A DNA stretch of 64,000 nt from Halobium salinum (lineage in GTDB: Archaea; Halobacteriota; Halobacteria; Halobacteriales; Haloferacaceae). The position numbers and the translations under genes are program-made. The notes below the pieces were generated by a model. The model had not been told where the DNA came from. It ran no database searches and saw only the letters and a list, made by a program, of their open reading frames with translations. Shown here one piece after another: positions 9,635-19,793 of the stretch; position 1 is the first letter of the stretch; every line of letters begins with the position of its first letter. The stretch spans positions 93,332-157,331 of the forward strand of contig NZ_JAODIW010000008.1 of assembly GCF_026586625.1 (NCBI RefSeq), given 5' to 3'.

Positions 9635-11175
9635 CAGGCACCACCCCCGGTCTCGAGGACCGGCTCAACGGCGTCCAGAATCATCCCCCAGAACAGCTCG
9701 GGGGCGACACCCAGCGCGATGACCAGAAGCAGGAGCACCGCGATGGGGAGCTTGTCGTGCAGCGGCGCCGGCCCGACGGTGTAGTCGGTCTCCAGCCGGA
9801 ACGGGCCGAACAGCGTGCGCTGCATCGCAAACAGCAGGTAGCCGGCGACGACGACGATGCCGAACATCGCGAGCGCCGTGAACAGCGGCGCGAACGGCAG
9901 GGTCTGCGAGCCGAAGGAGCCGACGAAGATGAAGAACTCCGCGGCGAAGCCGGCCATCAGCGGCAGTCCCATGTAGCCGAACGCGGCCGCGACGAGGATG
10001 CCCACCGTGACGGGCATCCGGTCTGCGAGCCCGGACATGTCGCCGACCATCCGCGTGTGCGTCGTGTTGTAGATGACGCCGACCGTCATGAACATCAGCC
10101 CCGAGATGAGGCCGTGTGCGACCATCTGGAACGTCGCGCCGCCGACCCCGTAGAGGGTGTAGGCGACGAGACCCAGGATGACGTACCCCATCGACGAGAC
10201 GGAGGAGTACGCGACGATGCGCTTCAGGTCCTGCTGGGCCAGCGCGAGGAACGCGCCGTAGATGACCGAGACGACCGCGAACACCGCGATGATTATCGCG
10301 TACTGCGCTGCGACGTCCGGCAGCATCGTGAAGTTGAACCGCAGCAGGGCGTACGTCCCCATCTTCAGGAGGACGCCCGCCAGCATCACCGACACCGGCG
10401 TCGGCGCCTCGACGTGGGCGTCCGGCAGCCACGTGTGGAACGGGGCGATTGGCACCTTCACGCCGAAGCCGACGAACATCGCGGCGAAGGCGACCGTCTT
10501 GATGGCGCCGGCGCCGAGGCCGAAGTACGACCCCACTTCGCCGGCGCGGGTCGCCTGCGCGATTTCGGGGAGGCCGAGCGAGGTGACCGAGTCCCCGAGC
10601 GCGAACACGAGCGCCATGAAGCCGATGAACATCGCCAGCGACGCGACGTTCGTGTACACGAAGAACTTGATTGCTGCGTACTTCCGGCGCGGGCCGCCCC
10701 AGACGCCGATGAGGAAGTACATCGGGACGAGCACGGCCTCCCAGAAGACGAACCACGCGAAGAAGTCGAGCGCGGAGAACACGCCGAGGAGGCTCGCCTC
10801 CATGAACAGCATCAGGCCGTAGAACTGCGAGGCCCGCGTGTCGATGGGCGTCCACGCGCTGACGATAGCCAGCGACGTGAGCACCGTCGTCAGCACGAAC
10901 AGCGGCAGGCTGATGCCGTCCAGGCCGACGTGCCAGGCGATCTCGTACCCGCCGAGGGAAATCCACGGCATGTTCGTCTCGAACGCGACCTGGCTGCCCT
11001 GCAGCAGGGCGTTGCCGGACGCGTCGAACAGTGACCACATGTAGAGGCTCCCGACGACGGGAACCAGACTGAGCGCGAACGCCAGTTTCCCCGACACCCG
11101 GTCGGGTGCGAAGAACGTTGCCAGCGCCGCGACGAGCGTGAAGGCGATGAGAATCTCGATTATCACAGGAACCAC
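9634..11175 (-). CDS. nuoM: NADH-quinone oxidoreductase subunit M
   Basis: 513 aa antiporter-like subunit (…TWLPDAHVEAPTPVSV…) in the position between nuoL and nuoN. Confidence 0.9.
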   Translation of the reverse strand: MVPVIIEILIAFTLVAALATFFAPDRVSGKLAFALSLVPVVGSLYMWSLFDASGNALLQGSQVAFETNMPWISLGGYEIAWHVGLDGISLPLFVLTTVLTSLAIVSAWTPIDTRASQFYGLMLFMEASLLGVFSALDFFAWFVFWEAVLVPMYFLIGVWGGPRRKYAAIKFFVYTNVASLAMFIGFMALVFALGDSVTSLGLPEIAQATRAGEVGSYFGLGAGAIKTVAFAAMFVGFGVKVPIAPFHTWLPDAHVEAPTPVSVMLAGVLLKMGTYALLRFNFTMLPDVAAQYAIIIAVFAVVSVIYGAFLALAQQDLKRIVAYSSVSSMGYVILGLVAYTLYGVGGATFQMVAHGLISGLMFMTVGVIYNTTHTRMVGDMSGLADRMPVTVGILVAAAFGYMGLPLMAGFAAEFFIFVGSFGSQTLPFAPLFTALAMFGIVVVAGYLLFAMQRTLFGPFRLETDYTVGPAPLHDKLPIAVLLLLVIALGVAPELFWGMILDAVEPVLETGGGA

Positions 11176-13208
11176 CCTCCGTAGAGGCCGAGCGCGACCA
11201 TCAGCACGACCACGCCCAGCGTCAGCAGCGCCGCGTAGTTGCTCACGACGCCCGTCTGGACCCGCTTGACGCGACTACCCGAGAACAGGCTGACCGAGGA
11301 GACGCCGTTGACGACGCCGTCAACGACGCCCTGGTCGAACTTGTCGCTCCCGCGGGCGATGCCGAGACCGCCCGTCTCCGCGAGCCACACCTGGAACTCG
11401 TCCTGGTAGTAGTTGTGGTACCAGAGGTCCTTCACGGCGCCGAGCTTCGCGGTGTGCTCCTCGGGGCTCGGGTCGTTGTAGAGCATCCACGCGAGGCCGA
11501 CCCCCGCGAGGGCCATCCCCAGCGAGACGGCCGCCGAGATGAGGACGCTGAAGTCGGCGGCCGTGTAGCCGGCCACGTCGTGCAGCAGCGTCGAGTAGTG
11601 CTCGCCGTTGAGCGTCTCCGGCCCGTGGTAGAGCCAGTCGTGCAGGAAGTCGACGTTCGCACCGGTCAGTTTCTCGACCGGCACGAGGTTGGCGAAGCCG
11701 GCCGTCGCCGCCAGAACGCCGAGCACGACGAGCGGCCCCTTCACGTTCCAGCGCACGCCGTGGGGGTTGCGCGCCGTCTCCGAGCGGGGCTCACCGTGGA
11801 AGGTCAGGAGGACCATCCGGAAGGTGTAGAACCCGGTGAAGAAGACGGCGAGCAGGCCCATGGCGTAGGCGGCGAGGAGCAGGGGACTGCCCCCCAGTCC
11901 GTGGACGAGCGTCTCGTACAGCACCTCGTCCTTCGACCAGAAGCCGGCGAAGGGGAAGATGCCCGCGAGCGCGAGCGACCCCGAGAGGAACGTGTAGTAG
12001 GTGACGGGCATCCGCTCTTTCAGCCCGCCCATGTCCCACATGTTCTCGTTGTGGTGCATGGCGATGATGACCGACCCGGCGCCGAGGAACAGCAGCGCCT
12101 TGAAGAACGCGTGGGTCATCAGGTGGAAGGTCGCCGCGACGTACCCGCCGCCGCCCAGCGCGAGCATCATGTACCCGTACTGGGAGATGGTGGAGTACGC
12201 GAGCACCTGCTTGATTTCGCGCTTGACGACGCCCATCGTCGCCGCGAACAGGGCGGTGAACCCGCCGATGAACGCGATGATGGCGAGGGTCGTCGGGATG
12301 AGCGCGTAGAAGCCGTACATCCGGGCGACGAGGAACACGCCGGCCGCGACCATCGTCGCCGCGTGGATGAGCGCCGAGACGGGCGTCGGACCCTCCATGG
12401 CGTCGGGGAGCCAGGTGTGCAGTGGGAACTGCGCGGACTTCCCGACGACGCCGCCCAGCACGAGCAGGCCGACGATGTTGAACCACGTCGCCGCGTCGAA
12501 GCCGAACGTGTTGATGCCCTCGGCACTCCCGGTGAGCGCCTCTTCGGCGAGGACGGGGAACGCTTCCATCCCGCCGATGGGCGAGAACTGCGAGGTGCCG
12601 AACGTGGCGAACACGGCGACCACGCCGATGAGGAAGAAGTAGTCCCCGAAGCGAGTGACGAGGAACGCCTTCTTCGCGGCGCTCGGCGGGCCGGGCTCGC
12701 GGAACCAGAAGCCGATGAGGAGCCACGAGCAGAGTCCGACCAGTTCGAAGAACATGAACGCCATGAGGAGGTTGTCCGCGACGACGAAGCCGAGCATCGA
12801 CGCCGAGAACAGTCCGAGACCGGCGTAGTACCGCGGGAGGCCGGTCTCGTCCTCGTCGTTCATGTAGCCGAGGCTGAACACGTGGACCAGCAGCGAGACG
12901 AGCGTCACGATGACGAGCATCATCGCCGACAGCTGGTCGACGAGCACCCCGAAGGTGAGGGTGAACGTCCCCTCACCGGGGCCGGACGCCCACGTGTAGA
13001 GCGTCTGGTCGTACGCCCCCTGTGCCTCGACGGTGACGAACATCCAAATCGAGAGCAGCAGCGCGCCGGCCATCGCGACGATGCCCGGGAGCGCGCCGCC
13101 CTTCGGGAGGACGTTCTTCCCGCGCGCGAAGATGGCCGTGCCGATGGCCACGAGGAACGACAGGAAGGGAAGCAGGACGATGACGGGTGCGTAGTCGAAT
13201 GCTGCCAT
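11163..13208 (-). CDS. nuoL: NADH-quinone oxidoreductase subunit L
   Basis: 681 aa with the NuoL signature (…HTWLPDAMEGPTPVSALIHAATMV…) and a long C-terminal extension typical of NuoL. Confidence 0.9.
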   Translation of the reverse strand: MAAFDYAPVIVLLPFLSFLVAIGTAIFARGKNVLPKGGALPGIVAMAGALLLSIWMFVTVEAQGAYDQTLYTWASGPGEGTFTLTFGVLVDQLSAMMLVIVTLVSLLVHVFSLGYMNDEDETGLPRYYAGLGLFSASMLGFVVADNLLMAFMFFELVGLCSWLLIGFWFREPGPPSAAKKAFLVTRFGDYFFLIGVVAVFATFGTSQFSPIGGMEAFPVLAEEALTGSAEGINTFGFDAATWFNIVGLLVLGGVVGKSAQFPLHTWLPDAMEGPTPVSALIHAATMVAAGVFLVARMYGFYALIPTTLAIIAFIGGFTALFAATMGVVKREIKQVLAYSTISQYGYMMLALGGGGYVAATFHLMTHAFFKALLFLGAGSVIIAMHHNENMWDMGGLKERMPVTYYTFLSGSLALAGIFPFAGFWSKDEVLYETLVHGLGGSPLLLAAYAMGLLAVFFTGFYTFRMVLLTFHGEPRSETARNPHGVRWNVKGPLVVLGVLAATAGFANLVPVEKLTGANVDFLHDWLYHGPETLNGEHYSTLLHDVAGYTAADFSVLISAAVSLGMALAGVGLAWMLYNDPSPEEHTAKLGAVKDLWYHNYYQDEFQVWLAETGGLGIARGSDKFDQGVVDGVVNGVSSVSLFSGSRVKRVQTGVVSNYAALLTLGVVVLMVALGLYGGWFL

Positions 13209-13211
13209 AAG

Positions 13212-13514
13212 TTACCACCTCATCGTCGTCGCCGACGTGACGTCGGTGTCTCTGAAGTTGCGATACAGGACGAGGATGATGCCGATGCCGATGGCGACCT
13301 CCGCGGCCGCGATAGCCATCGTGAACAGGCCGAACGTCTGGCCCGTGACGTTCCCCCACTGCAGGGAGAACGCCACGAAGTTGATGTTGGCTGCGTTGAG
13401 CATCAGCTCGACGGACATCAGGAACATCAGCGCGTTGCTCCGGGTGAGCACGCCGAACACGCCGATGCAGAACACCGCGGCGGCGAGCAGGAGGTACCAC
13501 TGTGCCGGCACCAT
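13212..13514 (-). CDS. nuoK: NADH-quinone oxidoreductase subunit K
   Basis: 100 aa with three TM segments (…LLAAAVFCIGVFGVLTRSNAL…ELMLNAANINFVAF…AAAEVAIGIGIIL), NuoK/ND4L-like. Confidence 0.85.
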   Translation of the reverse strand: MVPAQWYLLLAAAVFCIGVFGVLTRSNALMFLMSVELMLNAANINFVAFSLQWGNVTGQTFGLFTMAIAAAEVAIGIGIILVLYRNFRDTDVTSATTMRW

Positions 13515-13882
13515 TACTGCTCGCCCTCCTCGGTCTCCGTCTCCTTACGCGTGCGCCCGCCGTCCGTGACGAGGGCCGTGAGACTGCGCCCGTCGGCCTC
13601 GCGGCGCGCGAGTAGAATCGCGCCCGCGAGCGCCCCCACGAGCACGAGCCCCATGACTTCGAGGGCGACGACCATCCCTTCGCCGGGGACGGTGTTCTCC
13701 ATGCCCGTGATGTTGAACATCGAGTAGCCGATGCTGCCGACGACGTTGGTTCCGTCGGGGAACCCGGCGGGCTCGGGGAACGACGCGCCGAGGAACACGA
13801 TCGCCAGTACGACGAACAGTGCGACCGCGGCGAGCCCCTGGACGAGGTTGCCGCCCGTGTTGAGCGACGGTTTGTCTGTCAT
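13514..13882 (-). CDS. nuoJ: NADH-quinone oxidoreductase subunit J, second part (NuoJ2)
   Basis: Internal ATG (MTDKPSLNTGGNLVQGLAAVALFVVLAIVFLG...) overlaps the stop of the preceding J1 ORF by an ATGA-type overlap. Split NuoJ is typical of haloarchaea. The upstream part of the 181 aa ORF is Arg-rich. Confidence 0.65.
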   Translation of the reverse strand: MTDKPSLNTGGNLVQGLAAVALFVVLAIVFLGASFPEPAGFPDGTNVVGSIGYSMFNITGMENTVPGEGMVVALEVMGLVLVGALAGAILLARREADGRSLTALVTDGGRTRKETETEEGEQ

Positions 13883-14148
13883 ACGCTCTCTACCTCCGGT
13901 CCGTCCCGGCGCGTGAGCATCACGGCGAACGTGATGAGGATGAGTACCCCGCCCACGTAGACGAGGATCTGCATCGCTGCGAGGAACTCCGCCTGCAGCA
14001 TCACGTAGTGCACCGCGACCGTCAGCAGGGCCCCGCCCATGAGAAGTGCGGCGTGCCACACGTCCTCGACGAGGACCATGCCGGCGCTGAACCCTATGGT
14101 GGTGAGGGCGAACAGCGCGAACGCGATTATCTCCACGACTGTAGCCAT
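13879..14148 (-). CDS. nuoJ: NADH-quinone oxidoreductase subunit J, first part (NuoJ1)
   Basis: 89 aa with two to three TM segments (MATVVEIIAFALFALTTIGFSAGMVLVEDVWHAALLMGGALLTVAVHYVMLQAEFLAAMQILVYVGGVLILITF), ND6/NuoJ-like. Confidence 0.7.
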   Translation of the reverse strand: MATVVEIIAFALFALTTIGFSAGMVLVEDVWHAALLMGGALLTVAVHYVMLQAEFLAAMQILVYVGGVLILITFAVMLTRRDGPEVESV

Positions 14149-14236
14149 TGTGTGTGTCTCCTATCGATATCCCTTTGAAGATTACTGAACCGACCCGAGC
14201 CGCGCCCCCGAAGGACGCACCCGCCGGTCCCGAGAG

Positions 14237-14698
14237 TTACTGGTAGTCGACCTCCCCTTCACCCTCGCCGATCCACGCGCCACGGTCGGGGTTCCGGGAG
14301 TTGAGCGGGTCGATGTCCTTGTACCACGGTACGTTCTTGAGCTGCTCCTTGTTGTAGACGAACTCGTCTTTCGTGTCCGCGGTGAACTCGAAGTTCTGCG
14401 TGAGCAGGATGGCGTCTACGGGGCAGACCTCCTCACAGAGTCGGCAGTAGATACACTGGCCGATGTGGAGGTTGTACTGTTCGCCGTTGCGCGAGCTGTC
14501 CGTGACGATCTGGATGGTGTCGTTCGGACAGACGTTCTCACACTGGCGACACCAGATGCAGCGCTCCTGGCTGAACTTGTGGACCCCGCGGAACCGGGGG
14601 CTCACCTCGGGTGCGACGTCCGGGTACTCGACCGTGAACGTCTCGCCGTCGAGCGCGTGCTTCAGCGTCGTCGCCATGCCTTTCAAAATTCCGATCAT
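14237..14698 (-). CDS. nuoI: NADH-quinone oxidoreductase subunit I (2x[4Fe-4S] ferredoxin)
   Basis: Internal ATG ([12 protein letters not shown]...) overlaps the nuoH stop (TAATG). Two CxxCxxCxxxCP motifs (CIWCRQCENVCP and CIYCRLCEEVCP). The upstream 260 aa of the long ORF is Arg-rich junk overlapping nuoH. Confidence 0.85.
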   Translation of the reverse strand: MIGILKGMATTLKHALDGETFTVEYPDVAPEVSPRFRGVHKFSQERCIWCRQCENVCPNDTIQIVTDSSRNGEQYNLHIGQCIYCRLCEEVCPVDAILLTQNFEFTADTKDEFVYNKEQLKNVPWYKDIDPLNSRNPDRGAWIGEGEGEVDYQ

Positions 14699-15954
14699 TA
14701 GATGATCACTCCCACGATGATGGCCGTGAGCACCAGGTTGGCGAAGGCGAGTTCGAGCATCCCCTTCCAACCGATTTCGATGAGCTGGTCGATGCGGACG
14801 CGGGGCACCGCCGACCGGCACCACTGGGTGAACAGGAAGAACGCCCAGATTTTGATGACGAACCAGACGAACCCGGGGATGAACCCGAGCGCCGGGACCG
14901 GCGGGGCGGCCCCGCCGAGGAACAGCACGGCCATCAGCGCGCCGCCCAGGAAGATGTGGATGAACTCCCCGAGGTAGAACAGCACGAAGTACACCGAGCT
15001 GTACTCGGTCTGGTACCCGGCGACGATTTCGGTCGGCGCCTCCGGAATGTCGAAGGGGTTCCGGCCGATTTCGGCCATGTTCGCCACGAGGAAGAGGACG
15101 AACGCGAACGGGTTGACGAACGCGAACCACGAGGGGATCGTCAGCGCGCCGGCCTCGATCAGCGGCTGGCTCTGCACGGCGACGATCTCGCTCATCCGCA
15201 GCGTCCCGGTGAAGATGACGACCGACGCGGCCGTCACCACGAGCGGAATCTCGTAGGCGAGGTTCTGCGCGATGGAGCGCAGCCCGCCGAGCATCGAGTA
15301 CTTGTTGTTCGAGGCGTAGCCGGCCATCACGAGGCCGAGCGAGGCGATGGAGGCCGCCGCGAAGGCGAACACCAGCCCCGTCTCGGGGTCGGCCAACTGG
15401 ATGCCGCTTCCCATCGGGATGACCGCGAACCCGAGCAGCGCCGAGAACGGCAGGATGATGGGCGCCAGGTCCCACGCCGGGCGGTCAGCGCCCTCGGGGA
15501 CGATGAGCTCCTTCGACAGGAGCCGGACGGCGTCGGCCACGATGATGAGCAGGCCGAACGGTCCGATACGGTTGACGGCGATGCGGTCCGTGAACGCGGC
15601 GGTAATCTTCCGCTTCGCCCACGGGCCGGCGACGGCCGTCATCGTGAGCATCACGTTGGCAATGAGGAACGCACCCAGCAGCGCGGCGACCGCGTCACCC
15701 CAGATGCCGAAGCCGTCGAGGCCCAGGAGGCCGGAGATGAGGTCCGGGAGCGGCGTCTCGGAGGTCGGCCCGGCGGCGGTCGCGTTGGTCGCGTTGCCGG
15801 CCGTGGCGTTGGTCGCGTTGCCGGCCGTGGCGTTGGTCGCGTTGCCGGCCGTGGCGTTGGTCGCGTTGCCGGCCGTGGCGTTCGTGGCGTTCCCCGTGGC
15901 GTTACCGCTGCCGTTCTGCTGGAGGAGTACCGAGGCGAGGTCGACCCCGCTCAT
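14698..15954 (-). CDS. nuoH: NADH-quinone oxidoreductase subunit H with unusual N-terminal N-A-T sequon tandem-repeat extension
   Basis: Core matches NuoH/ND1 (…[17 protein letters not shown]…, 8 TM segments). The start ATG overlaps the nuoCD stop. The N-terminal roughly 65 aa contain GNATGNATNATAGNATNATAGNATNATAGNATNATAGNATNATAAG. Confidence 0.85.
   Translation of the reverse strand: MSGVDLASVLLQQNGSGNATGNATNATAGNATNATAGNATNATAGNATNATAGNATNATAAGPTSETPLPDLISGLLGLDGFGIWGDAVAALLGAFLIANVMLTMTAVAGPWAKRKITAAFTDRIAVNRIGPFGLLIIVADAVRLLSKELIVPEGADRPAWDLAPIILPFSALLGFAVIPMGSGIQLADPETGLVFAFAAASIASLGLVMAGYASNNKYSMLGGLRSIAQNLAYEIPLVVTAASVVIFTGTLRMSEIVAVQSQPLIEAGALTIPSWFAFVNPFAFVLFLVANMAEIGRNPFDIPEAPTEIVAGYQTEYSSVYFVLFYLGEFIHIFLGGALMAVLFLGGAAPPVPALGFIPGFVWFVIKIWAFFLFTQWCRSAVPRVRIDQLIEIGWKGMLELAFANLVLTAIIVGVII
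15781..15910. repeat. 24-nt perfect tandem repeat x4 (gcgttggtcgcgttgccggccgtg) plus degenerate copies, inside the nuoH 5' coding region
   Basis: Read directly from the sequence. On the minus strand it encodes (NATNATAG)n in the nuoH frame. Confidence 0.7.
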
Positions 15955-17678
15955 CGATCGACGCTCCCCAGCACGATGTCGAGGCTACCGAGGGCCGCGA
16001 CGAGGTCGGGGATGTACTCCCCGTTGGACATCGGCGCCAACGTGTGCAGGTTGTTGAAACAGCCGGCGCGAATCTTGAAGCGGGCCGGCGTGTCGGTGCC
16101 GTCCGAACGGATGTACACGCCCATCTCCCCCTTCGCGGCCTCGACGGCCTTGTACGTCTCCGTGTCGTCGTCGGGACGGATGGTCCGCGGCACGTTGCTC
16201 TGGATGGTGCGCTCCTCCTCGGGCCAGTCCTCGAGGAGGTCGATGCACTGCCGGATGATCTTCGCGGACTCCTCGACCTCGCGCAGGCGCACGAGCAGGC
16301 GCGAGTAGTTGTCACAGCCGTCCTCGACGGCCACGTCCCAGTCCAGCTCGTCGTAGTAGCCGTACGGGTCGTCCCGACGGAGGTCCATGTCGATGCCGGA
16401 AGCCCGGGCGACCGGCCCGGTCGCCCCGTACTGCTTCGCGGTCTCCTTCGGGAGCATCCCCTTGCCGACGGTGCGGAGCTGGAGAATCTCGTTCTGCGAG
16501 ATGAGGTCGTGGTACTCCTCCAGCGCGCTCGGGAGCTCGTCGAGGAAGTCGCGCACCTTCTCGAACCACTCCTCGCGGGGTTCGGGGAGGTCCCAGACGA
16601 CCCCGCCGAGCCGGAAGTAGTAGAACATCATCCGCTGCCCGGTGAGGTCCTCGAGAATGTTCTGTACCTTCTCGCGGTCCCGAATCGCGTACATGAAGAT
16701 GGCGGTGAAGTCGCCGTACACGTCGAGCGCGAACGTCCCCACCGCGAGGAAGTGCCCGAGCATCCGGCCGAACTCCGTCGCCATCGTCCGCAGAACCTGT
16801 GCGTACTCCGGCACCTCGAGGTCCGCGAGGTCCTCGATGGCGCGGGCGACCGCCCACTCGTTGGGCATGTTCGCCGTGTAGTCCCACCGGTCGGAGTAGG
16901 GGATGATCTGGTAGCGGTAGGTGCCCTGCTGGGCCATCTGCTCCTCACAGCGGTGGAGGTAGCCGATGTCGGGTTCGACGTCGACGACTTGCTCCCCGTC
17001 GAGGATGGTCTTCAGGTGGAGCACGCCGTGGGTCGCCGGATGGTGCGGCCCGATGTTGAGGTACATCGTATCCGAGTCCGCCGCGTCGTCGACGGCGCCC
17101 GACTCGACCGTGTTCGAGTGTGCGTTGGCACCCGTCCCGGACGCCCGCTGGTCCTCCTCGAGCGGGTTCGCGTGCTCGCGAAGGGTGACGATCTGCGGGC
17201 GGTCCTGGTCGTAGTCGAGCGACAGCGGGTGGCCCTGCCACGTCTCCGGCAGCAGGATGCGCCGCAGGTCCGGATGCCCCTCGTAGTCGATGCCGACGAG
17301 GTCGTACGCCTCGCGCTCGTGCCAGTCGGCCGTCTTGTAGACGGGTTCGGCCGTCTGGGACACCGGGTTCTGTTTCGAGGTGGGGACCACGACGCTGACC
17401 TCGTCCATCGGGTTGTCGTACCGCTTCAGGTGGTAGATGGACTCGTAGCGGTCCTCGTACTCCTGTGCGGTCACACAGGAGAGGAAGTCGTAGCCCGCCT
17501 GGTCGCGCAGGTCGAACAGCACGTCCTGCACCTCGTCCGGGCGGATGACGAACGCCGGCGCGTTCTTGTGGTCGTCACGCGAGAGCGCGCGCTCGCCGAG
17601 CAGGTCGGCGAGTTCGTCCTCGCGGGAACGACCCTCCAGTGCACCCTGTTGTTCCTTCTCCGGGTCTTCGAGGCTCAT
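15951..17678 (-). CDS. nuoCD: NADH-quinone oxidoreductase fused subunits C/D
   Basis: 575 aa. The N-terminal 30-kDa-subunit-like region and the C-terminal 49-kDa-subunit-like region (…[23 protein letters not shown]…) are in one reading frame. ATGA overlap with nuoB. Confidence 0.9.
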   Translation of the reverse strand: MSLEDPEKEQQGALEGRSREDELADLLGERALSRDDHKNAPAFVIRPDEVQDVLFDLRDQAGYDFLSCVTAQEYEDRYESIYHLKRYDNPMDEVSVVVPTSKQNPVSQTAEPVYKTADWHEREAYDLVGIDYEGHPDLRRILLPETWQGHPLSLDYDQDRPQIVTLREHANPLEEDQRASGTGANAHSNTVESGAVDDAADSDTMYLNIGPHHPATHGVLHLKTILDGEQVVDVEPDIGYLHRCEEQMAQQGTYRYQIIPYSDRWDYTANMPNEWAVARAIEDLADLEVPEYAQVLRTMATEFGRMLGHFLAVGTFALDVYGDFTAIFMYAIRDREKVQNILEDLTGQRMMFYYFRLGGVVWDLPEPREEWFEKVRDFLDELPSALEEYHDLISQNEILQLRTVGKGMLPKETAKQYGATGPVARASGIDMDLRRDDPYGYYDELDWDVAVEDGCDNYSRLLVRLREVEESAKIIRQCIDLLEDWPEEERTIQSNVPRTIRPDDDTETYKAVEAAKGEMGVYIRSDGTDTPARFKIRAGCFNNLHTLAPMSNGEYIPDLVAALGSLDIVLGSVDR

Positions 17679-18376
17679 GGCGAATCAGCCCAGTTGTACC
17701 GCATGACGAGGTCGTCCTCGTTGATCTCCTCCGAGAGCTTGTCGACCACCTCGTCGCGCGGGAGGTCGCCGAACTGCTCCAGTTCGTACGGCTTCACGAC
17801 GACGGGGCTCGACTCGCCGTTGGCGATGCGCTCCTGAAGCTTGGCGATGCCGTAGACGAGCGCCTCGGGGCGGGGCGGGCAGCCGGGGATGTGGATGTCC
17901 ACCGGGATGACCTCCTCCGCACCCTTGATGACGTTGTACCCCTCCTGGAACGGCCCGCCGGAGATGGTACACGAGCCCATGCCGACGACGAACTTCGGCT
18001 CGGGCATCTGGTCGTACACCCGCTTCATCCGCGGGGCGAACTTCGAGACGATGGTCCCCGGGACGATGATGACGTCGGCCTGTCGCGGCGACGCGCGCGG
18101 CACCCCGGCGCCGAAGCGGTCGAGGTCGTGTTTCACCGCGTACGTGTGCATCATCTCGATGCTGCAGCAGGCGATGCCGAACTGCAGCATGAACATCGAC
18201 GACCCCCGCACCCAGTTCATGAACTTGTCGAACTTCGTGAGGATGAACGGAGAGGAGCCGAACGCTTCGCGAAGCTTCGAGTTGAAGCGGTTGTCCTGCC
18301 CCGTAATGCGGGAATCGCGGGTCTCGGTCTGTACTCGTGTGGTGTCTGCGACGAACGTATCTTTGTCGCTGCTCAT
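17675..18376 (-). CDS. nuoB: NADH-quinone oxidoreductase subunit B (20 kDa, [4Fe-4S] N2)
   Basis: Internal ATG at 18374-18376 (MSSDKDTF...) forms an ATGA overlap with the nuoA stop. Conserved ...[11 protein letters not shown]… and …[10 protein letters not shown]… Cys motifs. Confidence 0.85.
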   Translation of the reverse strand: MSSDKDTFVADTTRVQTETRDSRITGQDNRFNSKLREAFGSSPFILTKFDKFMNWVRGSSMFMLQFGIACCSIEMMHTYAVKHDLDRFGAGVPRASPRQADVIIVPGTIVSKFAPRMKRVYDQMPEPKFVVGMGSCTISGGPFQEGYNVIKGAEEVIPVDIHIPGCPPRPEALVYGIAKLQERIANGESSPVVVKPYELEQFGDLPRDEVVDKLSEEINEDDLVMRYNWADSP

Positions 18377-18786
18377 GATTCTCCCTCTACTTTCCGGCTG
18401 GTCGCGCGCGGGCTCTTGACCCACTCGACCGCGCCGTTACGCCACGCCCAGACGAGAGGCATAGTCAAGATCCCGATGAAGAGAAGCATCGGGAAGAGAA
18501 CTTTCCCGAGCCCGACGCCGCTCTCCAGTGCGGACCGGTAGATGACGGTCCACGGGAAGATGAGGACGGTCTCGATGTCGAAGATGACGAACAACAGCGC
18601 AACCATGTAGTACTGGATGTTGAACCGGATGCGCGTCGTCCCCGTCGGAATCTCACCGCTCTCGTAGATGGCGCTCTTTCCTTGTTCGGGTACGCTCGGA
18701 CGTAGGATGGCCGACACCGCCATCATCCCTAACGGGATGCCGACCCCCATCACCGCCAGAGCCCCGATGGCTATCCATGGATTCAT
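18373..18786 (-). CDS. nuoA: NADH-quinone oxidoreductase subunit A
   Basis: 137 aa with three TM segments. It is the first gene of the operon and is preceded by an AT-rich promoter region. Confidence 0.85.
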   Translation of the reverse strand: MNPWIAIGALAVMGVGIPLGMMAVSAILRPSVPEQGKSAIYESGEIPTGTTRIRFNIQYYMVALLFVIFDIETVLIFPWTVIYRSALESGVGLGKVLFPMLLFIGILTMPLVWAWRNGAVEWVKSPRATSRKVEGES

Positions 18787-18825
18787 AACCGTAAGTCTCC
18801 GTAACGTCCGCCGGTTAGAAGCGCT

Positions 18826-18842
18826 CCCCTATAAACGTTGAT
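18826..18842 (-). promoter_or_regulatory. Putative TATA box / promoter of the nuo operon
   Basis: The minus-strand sequence TTTATAGGGG lies about 45-50 nt upstream of the nuoA ATG, in an AT-rich island (18790-18960) within an otherwise high-GC genome. Confidence 0.25.
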
Positions 18843-18947
18843 TGTTTCTCGCCCCGCCGAATTCGGATGTTTGAGGGCTTCTCGTGGCCGTTTTCGGGAG
18901 GGGTCGGAAAGGAAACCAGTGCTTTATCCTGTTCGGCCGCAGACAGC

Positions 18948-19015
18948 CGTCTCGACACCGATTTCGGTGACGACAGCGACCCCTGTCGTCATCGGGGCGC
19001 CTTGATATGACAGGG
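18948..19015 (-). terminator. Cluster of short hairpins downstream of purE (candidate terminator)
   Basis: CGACAG-cgaccc-CTGTCG, then CCCTGTCgTCAT...ATGACAGGG, and CACCG-attt-CGGTG, sitting 25-90 nt after the purE stop on the transcribed strand. Confidence 0.25.
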
Positions 19016-19038
19016 CCGACCCGCGACGGCACCGCTCG

Positions 19039-19653
19039 CTACTCGCGGTCGGCTCGGAACCCCTCGACACCGCGGTCGTGGAGGGCCGCCGAGACTTCGG
19101 CCACGTCGCCTCGGAGGTCGTCGTGGGACGCGACGAGTCGCTCGCGGAGGACGTCGTGTTCTCGCGCGAGTACCTGCACCGCCGACAGCGCGGCGTTGAA
19201 CGACTTGCCGGCGTCGACGGCGACGATGGGCGCCCCGGTCGGCATCCCGATGACCGAGTCGACGGATTTCTCCTGGACCGGGACGCCGATGACGGGCAGC
19301 GGGTACGCGAGCGAGGCGGTCATGTTCGGGAGGTCCGCGGACTTCCCGCCCGCGCCGGCGACGAGTACGTCGAGCCCGCGGTCCGCAGCGGTCTCCGCGT
19401 ACGCGTACATGAGGTCGGGCGTTCGGTGGGCGGAGACGACGTACGTCTCGTAGGTGAACCGCTCCTCGGGCGGGTCCTCGAAGTCGGTCTGTTCGGCGAA
19501 CCCCAGTTCGTCGAGCGCCTCGTGGGCGCCGCTCATCGCGTCGAGGTCCGAGTCAGAACCCATGATGATTCCCACGTCGGGGGTCGTCTCGGGGTCGCGG
19601 TGCTGGTCGGCTTCCGATTCGAGTCTGTCGATGAGGTCGGTGACGGTGGTCAT
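19039..19653 (-). CDS. purE: N5-carboxyaminoimidazole ribonucleotide mutase
   Basis: GIIMGSDSD and VVSAHRTPD motifs. An N-terminal roughly 25 aa acidic extension. Confidence 0.85.
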   Translation of the reverse strand: MTTVTDLIDRLESEADQHRDPETTPDVGIIMGSDSDLDAMSGAHEALDELGFAEQTDFEDPPEERFTYETYVVSAHRTPDLMYAYAETAADRGLDVLVAGAGGKSADLPNMTASLAYPLPVIGVPVQEKSVDSVIGMPTGAPIVAVDAGKSFNAALSAVQVLAREHDVLRERLVASHDDLRGDVAEVSAALHDRGVEGFRADRE

Positions 19654-19793
19654 GATTTGTGGGTTCTAGAAGGGCTGGCGACGGCGGTACGGTGATTCCC
19701 TACGGAAGCCCCACCCGATGTGGGTCGGCGGCGCGGCCGTCGCTCCGGCGGATTCTCGATGGGGGTCCGTCTCGCCGGCTGGTTCGACGCGCA

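Noticed and set aside
14699-15475. Upstream 259 codons of the 412-aa ORF containing nuoI.
   Set aside because: They overlap nuoH in another frame and are Arg/Gly-rich. The ATG that overlaps the nuoH stop gives a canonical 153-aa NuoI.
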